A stretch of DNA of 64,000 nt from positions 13,516,001 through 13,580,000 of the forward strand of contig NC_086377.1 in NCBI RefSeq assembly GCF_036588685.1. Direction: 5' to 3'. Shown piece by piece: positions 1-10,700 of the stretch (the first letter of the stretch is position 1; the number at the start of each line of letters is the position of its first letter). This stretch comes from Mytilus trossulus (Eukaryota). The notes beneath the pieces were generated by a model, which worked only from the letters and a program-made list of their open reading frames with translations, did no database searches and was not told the DNA's origin. The position numbers were made by a program, and so were the translations under genes.

Positions 1-2009
1 CAACCAAGATGGCCGACATGACTAATAATAGTACATAGGGTAAAATGCAGTTTTTGGCTAAAATCTCAGAAACCAAAGCATTTAAAGCAAATCTGACAGG
101 ATAAATTTGTTTGATAGGTCAAAGTCTATCTGCCCTGAAATTTTCAGACCAATCAGGCAACCCGTTGTTTGGTTGCTGCCCCGGAATTGGTAATTTTCAG
201 AAAATTTTGGAGTTTTGGTTATTATCTTGAATATTGTTATAGATAGAGATAAAGTGTAAACAGCAATAATGTTTAGAAAAGTTCAAGCTACAAATAAGTG
301 GATATAGCCAAAATTTTCAATTGACCCTTTAAGGGAGTTACTGCCCTTCATAGTCAATTTTATCAATTGATTTGTATTTGTTTGTCAACTTTTACCAAAT
401 GCTTCTCCTCTGAAACTGCAGTAGTCCCAAAAAAGGTCCTGCCCCCCTCACTAATGAACATATACTTGAAGAAAAACAAACATTTATTCCTTATGATAGC
501 GTTCCTTTGTTTACATTGAAAATGATGTGACAACTATAATCCCTAACATCAAAAATGTTTGAGTATTTTGGTTTCTTTTCAACAGATTCCAAAGTTTGAA
601 TGTCAAGTTTGAATTCTAATAATTTATACAGACTTCATCCCCTTTTACAGGTAATGTGTGCCTCATATTATTGTTTTAAAACTTTAATAGAATAACAGAC
701 ACTTTGAGAGCTAAATTAATCAACAACACCAGATCTTAGAATTGATTGATAGTGTTCAAAATATAAATTAACTATTAAAAGATGTTTTTCTCATTAAAAA
801 AATATAGTTCTTCATTTAATATATATATTAGAAGTTTAGGATTTTTTTTAATTTGATCGTGTCCCTTGTTCTCATTTCCTAGAATAAACCTACTTTAAAG
901 TATTGGTTTTGAATTAATATTTAAGAAATTTATTATACTAAAAGTAAAAATATTACTTGATACAAGAATAAAGACCATGTTTTCAGTGTCATGAGTTTCA
1001 GTCATCATATTTGTTGGACTTTGTTGTTTAAAAGTTTTTTGTGGTAATAAGATATAGCAAACAGGAAGTCTTCAATGAAAAGTCAGAATACTTCCTTTTT
1101 TGGTGGGAATCTTGAAGGTACAGTATTAAATGGAAGTGTTTGCTCAAGTTCAAAACTATAATTGGGACACACAAACTGCTTTGTATTTTCAGATAAAATA
1201 TAGATGAATAGGATCAATATAGTTTAAAGAAAAATCTGTTTAGCCTGCTAGCATTCTAAATTTAGAATGTAAATAAGCCCCAAAATAAAAATGACCATGA
1301 AAGGGAAGAAAACATTATTTTGCTGTTAATATTTATTTAACTGTGTTATCATACAACTAAATTTATCTAATTTGCAAACACTTTTACTCTCAATGTTTTG
1401 CATGCATGTTCTCAACAATGATCAATGATGATGTCAAGAAAACATTCTTGTAAAAGAGAAGGATGAAGCTAAAAACAAGTTTTCAATAGAAATATTAAAT
1501 TCATTAAAAATATTTAAACCATATGTGTTTTGTTTTGTTTGTTGGAATGAGTACTGATATACTTTATTTGTAGTTCTATAGAATAAAAATTGAAACATTT
1601 GTTATTGATTAAATCAGGAACATTTGTATTGACAGGACTCGAAACTACCTAATTATAGCTGATTCTATGTCCTTTCACAGTTAATAAATCATGACAAGAA
1701 ACAGAAACAGGCGTGTAAAATATGTTCTCTCTATTATCTGAATTATTTCTAAAGATATCAATAAAATGTCATTCATAATAAATGATGCAAGTGTATCTCA
1801 TTGTAGTTTGTCACTTCAAATTTGTCATAATAGCATTCATGTCATCAGAATGCAAATGGGGAAATAAAAAAATTGTGCCGATGGCATTGCCAATTTCTCA
1901 AACCATTAAAAGTGGGTCTCACTCTGGTCTAAGCATGACACAGGATTGACATTTTTTTGTAAGCGTGACAAATGAATGGCAAATTCAACAATTGTGGTTT
2001 TTACCCACC

Positions 2010-3022
2010 ATTTTTGTGGCCCCGCAACGAAGTCTGTAATTTTGTCTTTCTGTAATTCCGTCATTCCGCAACATACCATTATACGTTTTGTTCCGCTCCA
2101 CTAATTTTTGCCGAAATTACAGGCTTTGGACTATGATGAGCTACAGATCAAGTTTAAGTTTCGCTCTGCTACACTAATTTTTGTCGAAAAAACGCTTTGG
2201 ACTTTGAGAAATTGTCGAAAATCACAGTTATACAGACTTTTTTCTAAACGCCTTCATATATTGGGCTGATTTTTGGTATGTGAGTTAACCATAATAAGTA
2301 ACAGATCAAGTTTAAGTTTCACTCCGCTCCACTAATTTTTGCCGAAATTACAGGCTTTGGACTTTGAGAAATTGTTGAAAATCTCAGTTATACGGACATT
2401 TTTTTCTAAACGCCTTCAGATATGGGGCTGATTTTTGGTATGTGATACATAATGAGTTACAGATCAAGTTTACGTTTTGTTCTGCTCCACTAATATTTGC
2501 CGAAACTACGGGCTTTGGACTTTGAGAAATTGTTGAAAATCACTGTTATACAGACTTTTTTTCTAAACACCTTCAGATATGGGGCTGATTTTTGGTATGT
2601 TAGTTAACTATGATAAGTAACAGATCAAGTATATGTTTCGCTCCGCTCTACTTATTTTTTACCAAATTACGGGCTTTGGACTTTGAGAAATTGTTGAAAA
2701 TCACAGTTATACAGACTTTTTTTCTAAACGCCTTCAGATATGAGGCTGATTTTTGGTATCTGAGTTAACCATAATGAGTTATAGGTCAAGCTTAAGTTTT
2801 GTTCCGCTCTGCTGATTTTTGCTGAAATTACGGGCTTTTGACTTTGATAGATTATTGAAAACCACAGTTATACAGATTTTTTCTCTATTACCCTCCAGAT
2901 TTTGAGCTGAATTTTGGTATGCAAGGCTACTATCATGTTTGTGTCCACATGTGTGTTTATATTGAAATTGCAGATTTTTCAACTTTTTGGGACGAGGCCA
3001 TTCGTGTTGCTTTGACACATCT
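2010..3022 (+). mobile_element. HINE/DINE-like non-autonomous Helentron with about five 158-161 bp tandem repeats
   Basis: Starts TTTTTGTGGCCCCGC and ends GAGGCCATTCGTGTTGCTTTGACACATC (subTIR plus hairpin). The unit marker ACAGATCAAGT recurs at 2143, 2301, 2459, 2620 and ~2781. Confidence 0.75.
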
Positions 3023-3512
3023 GCTATCAGTTAATACAAGTTTGGTGACTATTTTTAGGCCCTGCCCCTTGGTCATGGTCCAATGACTTTGAATGAAGTA
3101 GCAATTTATGTTAAGTTAGTTTGATAAGAGCTACATGTGATAGATCAAATTCAATGATATTTTGTATGAGGTTGCAAATCTATCATTACACAATGCTATT
3201 ATGACAAATTTGAAGTGATTTCGCAGACTTATGGATTTATGGATACGTGTCAGTTTGATGACTATTTTGACACAACATTGACAAGTGACTTTGAATTAGT
3301 AAAATTTTCTGTGTAACTTAATTAGATTAAACAAATTTACAAGAACAAAACTGTTTTGAACACCAATTTGTATTTCTTATTTAAGATGTCAACTTCAAAC
3401 TTATTTACACATACATATGAATGAGCGTAAGTGCATTAGGTTATCTTAATTAATTGAAACTTTGTTTACTTAATTTAGAAAGATAGTTATAATAAATTAC
3501 ATGTAGATGGAA

Positions 3513-4447
3513 TTTTTAACCGGATTTTTGTGACAAAAATGTCGGTTATTGATTTGGGGATGTACGGCGGGCGGGCGGGCGGCCGGGCGGTCGGGCGGGC
3601 GGCAATCAAATGTTGTCCGTGCATTAACTCATGAACCGTTCAACCAAAGCTTTTAAAATTTTAATATGTTATTACTGACAACTATACGAAGGTCAAGTTC
3701 AATAATGGCGATTTTGACTTTTACCGTTCATGAGTTATGGTTCTTGAAAGATTGAAAAATGGAGTTGTCCGTGCATTTACGCATGAACTGTTCTACCAAA
3801 GCTTCCCAAATTTTAATATGTTGTTACTAATGACAGAATGGAGGTCAAGTTCAATAATGACGAATTTGACTTTTACCGTTCAGGAGTTATGGTTCTTGAA
3901 AGATTGAAAAATGGAGTTTCCAGTCATGTCCGTGCATTTATGCATGAACTGTTCTACCAAAGCTTCCGAAATTTTAATATGCTGTTACTGATGACAAAAT
4001 GGAGGTCAAGTTCAATAATGATGATTTTGACTTTTACCGTTCAGGAGTTATGGTTCTTGAAAGATTGAAAAATGGTGTTTCCCGTCGTGTCCGTGCATTT
4101 TCTCATGAACCATTCAACCAAAGCTTTTGAAATTTTAATATGTTGTTACTGATGACAAAATAGAGGTCAAGTTCAATAATGACGATTTTGACTTTTACCG
4201 TTCAGGAGTTATGGTTCTTGAAAGATCGTAAAATGGTGTTTCCATTCACGTTGTTGCATTTACTCATGAACCATTCAATCTAAGCTTTTCAAATTTTAAT
4301 ATGTTGATACTGATGACAAAATGGAGGTCAAATTTGATATTGACGATTTTCACTTTCACCATTCATCAGTAATGGTTCTTGTGATATTGCCAGGACACAA
4401 ATAAATGTTAATAAATCCGGTTTGCTGTCGTTGTGACAGCTTCTTGT
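3513..4447 (+). mobile_element. HINE/DINE-like non-autonomous Helentron with (GGGC)n microsatellite and ~161 bp tandem repeats
   Basis: subTIRs AACCGGATTT (3518-3527) and AAATCCGGTT (4413-4422); 5' hairpin; GGGC microsatellite at 3565-3603; AGGTCAA repeats at 3690, 3842, 4003, 4164, 4325; 3' hairpin GCTGTC-GTTGT-GACAGC (4424-4440). Confidence 0.85.
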
Positions 4448-4765
4448 CAACAATACTGCTATATTAAATATACAGGAATGCACCAGTAGTATCAATTTCT
4501 CAAACCTTTTTTGTATATGCAAATAAAACACAGCATATTAATATTGATCATGAAAAAAAAAAAGGCATAACTTAACTTTCCTTTATTTAACCAAAGGCAA
4601 CATGTTTAGCAATTAGCTATAATTGCACTTTGATATATTATTTTATCCCACTACACTGTTAATGAAGCATATCAGTATTCTAGATATATATATAGGTATA
4701 TCTATAAAAAAAACAAGTGACAACTCTATGACAGAAAACACATATGATAATCATGATATATATAA

Positions 4766-7700
4766 ATGTACAATGTCTACCCCAATCATACATGTATTAG
4801 CTCTCATTATGTAATTATTAATCTAGTCTTTCTTTTTTCACATGCAATTTATAACATTTTGTCCTCATTATTGTACATTATTTGCATATGTATTTATAGA
4901 TTTTTGAAGATGCCAAGAAGAAAAAATTGGAGGGCAGCTGAGGCTAAACGTGGTGTGAAAAACCCAAAGAAACAGAGACTGACGGACTTGACTTGGGATA
5001 CTGGACCCATTAACAGTACAAAATCTGACCTTGACATAGGTGATACTGACACCTTCAACAACAGTAACTCAAATAACATGGGGGATACTGACCTCCACAC
5101 AAATATAAACAACAGTAACTCAAATAATATGGGGGATACTGACCTCCACACAAATATAAACAACAGTAACTCAAATAACATGGGGGATACTGACCTCCAC
5201 ACATATATAAACAACAGTAACTCAAATAACATGGGGGATACTAACCTCCACTCAAATGCAAACAATAGTAACTTGAAACTACTTGAAAAATCTGAATTGA
5301 ATAAACTTGAAATATCTGAACTGAATATACTTGAAATATCTGAATTGAATAAACTTGAAAAATCTGAATTGAATAAACACGAACAATCTGAATTGAATCA
5401 AAACAGTAACAATAACTGTGCAAATCAAAACAGTAACAATAACTGTGCAAATCAAAACAGTAACAACAACTGTGCAAATCAAAACAGTGACAATAACTGT
5501 CTAAAAGAAACTTGTCACATACAAACAGATATTCTGTCAAATGAATCAAACAATAGTTATGCCAAAAAAGATTCTCATTGTTTTATCCAAACTAATCTGT
5601 TGCAAGACCAAAATGAACAATTTAAAACTAATTCAGAACAAGGAGTATCAAAATATTACAATTCTTTTAATGCAAACTTTATTAAATTTGGAACTTTTGA
5701 CCAGTATGCCACAAAATTTGCTGATCAAAGCAGGGGAAACCAATGTACTTGTAATTGCTTAGTTTTCTTATCACTTTCTTCTTTAAATTTTGATTCAAAC
5801 ACACTGAACCTGGATTACATTTTGAATAAAGGTGATGAAATTTACAAGAAGCATGTTCAAGAATTAACAACACAGGGATTATTTAAAAATATGCTCTTAA
5901 ATTTTGATGAAATTCCTGTCAAAATAGAAATTCCTGAAGGGATTTTTATAATTAACAAACAAAATATTCTGTTTGGAATAGCTTTACAGTACCAAGAGTT
6001 GACTGGATTTCTCACATTACAAGAAGCAATTCAAAATTGTATAAAGCAGTCGAACAAATTTCTTATTATGATTGGAGCCATATGTTCAGCAGTTTATTAT
6101 TATAATCATACATACTATTTTTTTGACACTCATTCTCATTCAGAATGTGCACTCAATAATCCATTAGATTCCTCTGGCAAAAGTATTTTGATTGGATTTG
6201 CTGACTTACATGACCTCCTCAGTTACTTGTATGGTTTTTACACCAGTTTACAAATTGATTTAGCCTCTCAATATGAAATTTTACCTGTAAGTATCACTAG
6301 TAAAGATACTGACAAAGATGTGACCAAGCAGATTAAGAATTACTTTAAGGATCAGAAACTAAGGAACACAAAACAAAAAAAAGTTTCCTACCAGTATATG
6401 AAAGTACCCAAGTTTGTATATATGAAAAACTACATGCAAAAAAGAAGAAAAAACAAACAATTCAAAGAAAAAGAATTAAATGCTAAAAGATATTCAAGAA
6501 AAGATAAGAATTACAGAAAAACAGAAGCACATAGAAAGAAGTCTCAGAGAGATAATTCTGATATAAGACAGATTGAGAGACAAAGAGAACTTGCTTCGAA
6601 AAGAGAGGCTAGAAAGAATGAAGATTTCAAAAAAACAGAACTTGCTGCTAAAAGAGAAGTTAGAAAGGATAAAAATTATAGAAGAGCTGAAGCAGAAAGT
6701 AAAAAGTCTCAAAGAGATAATCCTGATTTAAGACGGATGGAAAGACAAAGAGAATTTGTTGCTAAAAGAGAGGCTAGAAAGAATGAAGATTTCAAAAAAA
6801 CAGAACTTGCTGCTAAAAGAGAAGTTAGAAAGGATAAAAATTATAGAAGGGCTGAAGCAGAAAGTAAGAAGTCTCAAAGAGATAATCCTGACATAAGACA
6901 AATGGAAAGACAAAGAGAACTTGCTGCTAAAAGAGAAGTAAGAAAGGATACAAATTATAGAAGGGCTGAAGCAGAAAGTAAAAAGTCTCAAAGAGATAAT
7001 CCTGATTTAAGACGGATGGAAAGACAAAGAGAATTTGTTGCTAAAAGAGAGGCTAGAAAGAATGAAGATTTCAATAGAAGAGAACTTGCTGCTAAAAGAG
7101 AGGCTAGAAAGAATGAAGATTTCAATAGAAGAGAACTTGCTGCTAAAAGAGAGGCTAGAAAGAATGAAGATTTCAATAGAAGAGAACTTGCTGCTAAAAG
7201 AGAGGCTAGAAAGAATGAAAATTTCAATAGAAGAGAACTTGCTGCTAAAAGAGAGGCTAGAAAGAATGAAAATTTCAAAAGAAACGAAACAAAAAAGAAA
7301 AAAATTGCCAGACAAGATGAAAACTACAGAAAACATGAGTCAAAACGAGACTTCCACAGAAAACAAGAATATAGGTCACATCCAGAAAATTTAGAAAATG
7401 AGCGTTTGAAGAAACAAAGTTCAAGACAGAAAAACCTAGATATAGACAGATGTTATGAAAAGACAGTCAAAAGTACTAAAAGAAAAAACATTGATTTTAC
7501 AGATCACGAAAAAGACCTCAAAAAGAAAAGAACTCACGGTATAACCCTTGATACTTGCATTAGAAATTTTAAAACCAAAATTAATGAAGGTCCTACATAT
7601 ATATGTACTTCTTGTCATCAAACTTGGTTCTGTGATTCTGTAGTTAATGCTAAAACTATTAAAATGAATACTCCTGCTAACATGTCTCATTGTTTTACAA

Positions 7701-10700
7701 ATTTTAAATCTGTACAGCACATAGAATGGATATGCCACACTTGTCTAAATGCAATTAAAAGACAAAAAATACCTCGCTTTGCAATAGCAAATAAGATGGG
7801 ATTTCCCCAAAAACCAAAAGAATTAAATTTGTATCCCTTAGAAGAGAGACTGTTATCATTAAGAATTCCTTTTATGCAGATTCGACAGTTGCCTAGAGGT
7901 GGACAGTTATCAGTTAAAGGCAATGTTGTAAATGTGCCTGTTGAAGTTCAACCTACAATAAATTCACTTCCTCATACATTAGAGAAATCAGGAACAATAT
8001 CAGTTAAACTGAAGAAGAAGCTTGAATTCAAAAAGTGTGATTTTAGTGAAAATGTGAGACCATTTGCTGTCATTTGTGCATTACATTATTTGATGAGAAC
8101 AAGTGAATTGTACAAGTCTTCTGGAATAGAAATAAATGAGGATTGGATTACAGAAATCGCTAAAATAAATGAAGAAACACATGAAAATGAAAACAATAGT
8201 GCAGAACAAGAGAATGACCAAGATCAGAATGATTCAGATAATGACTCTGATCATTTCAGTGAAGTAGATGAAAGTGAAACGCATGTTGGAAACACAGATA
8301 CACTGTTAGATCACATTCCAGACGACAATCCACTATGTGATGCAGGTTTAACTTTTGCTCCTGGTGAAGGTCAACGACCAATTAGTCTCTACAGTGATCC
8401 TGATGCAGAGTACTTATCTTTTCCAACTATATTCTGTGGTCAACGAAGGCCAGATAACAAAGACAGGTCTGTCTCTGTTCACTTTACTGATATTGTCAAA
8501 TGGGAACTAAGGTCCATGGATAGGAGAGTAGCACAATCTGTACCAAATATATTTTTCAAGTTAAAAAAAATTCAGTTAAAAAACATAAGTGATAAGGTCA
8601 ATCTTGCTCTAAGAAGGTGTCAATCAGAAGGAAAAAAATGGACAGCAAAAGATGTACTCAATCCTAACACTGTAAATGATCTTGTAAGATTAGATGAAGG
8701 TTATTATATCTTTAGAAGTTTAAGAAATTCTCCAGTATACCTTGAAAAGAGGAAGAAAGATTTGTTTGCAATGATCAGACAGTTGGGTCTTCCAACATGG
8801 TTTGGCTCTCTTTCATCTGCAGACACTAATTGGAAAGATTTGTTACGAATTCTTGGCAAATTAAATGATGGCAAAGAATATACTGACAATGAATTGGAAG
8901 GAATGGATTGGCATCAGAAATCTAAACTTGTTCAGAAAGACCCTGTGACATGCTCTAGATATTTTGATTATCGTGTCCAACAGTTTATTAACTTGGTGTT
9001 GAAAAGTGATCATGATCCTATTGGAAAATTGACAGATTTTTTTTATAGAGTTGAATTTCAACAGAGAGGTTCACCCCATATTCATATCTTGATCTGGATT
9101 GAAAATGCACCAGTTTATGAAAGTGATTCAAATGAAGATGTTGTAGCATTTATTGATAAATATGTCTCCTGTTCACTTTTAGAAACTAATACTAATTTAG
9201 TCAATTTGCAGGTTCATAAACATTCAAAAACATGCAGAAAAAAAGGTCACCCAATTTGTCGTTTTGGTTTCCCCCTTCCACCTATGAAAGCAACAGTAAT
9301 CTTAGAGCCTTTAAAAGAAAATGATGACATAGAAAAGTACAAAGCTATATATAAAGAAATACAAAACGAAATTAATACACTTCACAATTCTGAAGATATA
9401 GACCAGATGACATATGACATGTTTTTAGATGATGTGTTACAAATGGATGATGAAAATTATATTAAGGCCATAAGAAGCAACTTGAGTGGTCCAAAAGTTT
9501 TTCTCAAACGAAAACCATCTGAAGTCCGTGTTAATGGTTACATGAAAACTGTGTTGATAGCCTGGCAAGCAAATCATGATTTACAGTATGTTTTAGATGC
9601 ATTTGCATGTGCAGTGTATATTGTTTCATATATAAGCAAGTCACAAAAAGGTATGAGTGCATTACTAGACCAAGCAGCAAAAGAAGCCCGACAGGGAAAT
9701 TTAGACTTGAAGCATCAAGTAAGGCACATTGGGAATTACTTTTCAAATTCTGTTGAAACAAGCGCACAAGAAGCAACATACTTAACACTACAGATGCCTT
9801 TAACAAAAGCTACAAGACAAGTCGTATTCATTAACACGTCTCCACAACACAAAAGAACTTTTCTCCTCAAGCAATCATCGGTTCTAGAAAAACTAGGCCC
9901 AGACTCTACTGAAATAGAATCAGACAATGATATTAAAAGGTACTCGCGTAGACCAAAACAACTGGAGAACTGGTGTTTAGCAGATTATGTATCTCAGCTT
10001 GAATTGCAGTATCCTAAAACTGAGTCCTCAGATGATCACGAAACAGAAGAAAAAGATCATGAATCTGATAATGAAAATGAAGCGGCAAATGCAGATATTA
10101 TAGAAGAAATCAATAACAAAATCGACATAACCCTGAAGAATGGTATTCGAATATATCAAAGAAAAACACCTAAGGTTATAAGATATGTTAAATACAATTA
10201 CAAGACTGACTCTGAAAACTTCTACAGAGAACGCTTAATGTTATTTTATCCATGGAGAAATGAACTTTCAGATTTGCAATGCGAACATGAAACATTCGAA
10301 AACATGTACTTGACCGTTGCAAGAATTTTAGAAAAAAAAGCTAAGCAATATGAAGGAAAAGTGATAGACCTAGAGAAAGCTATAGAAGAGGCAGAAAACG
10401 ATTGTAATGAGAATGATCAAATAGCACCTGCCACACAGCAAGTAGAAATGGAAGATGCTGAAATAGGCCCAACAGAATCTGAACAGTATGTACATTTCAA
10501 TCCAGATAGACCAACAGAACATAGACTGTATGATATGTCCCGTGAAGTTGGAATAGAAGCAAGAACAGTAGAATTGACAAATCATGCAAACAGAATAAGT
10601 GAGAGGGATTATTTTGATTTGATAAGATCCTTGAATAAGAAACAGTGGGAATTTTTCCAACATGTTGTCACATGGGTTAAAACAAAACATGAACCATTTT

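Noticed and set aside
4766-4909. ORF-track start of the 2666-aa protein
   Set aside because: The first 48 codons look intronic (AT-rich, ending TATTTATAG at 4899); ATG 4910 (MPRRKNW) is the more plausible start.
5680-6290. Integrated herpesvirus because of the tegument-like protease
   Set aside because: The domain is in frame within a Helentron RepHel and no capsid, polymerase or terminase genes are present.
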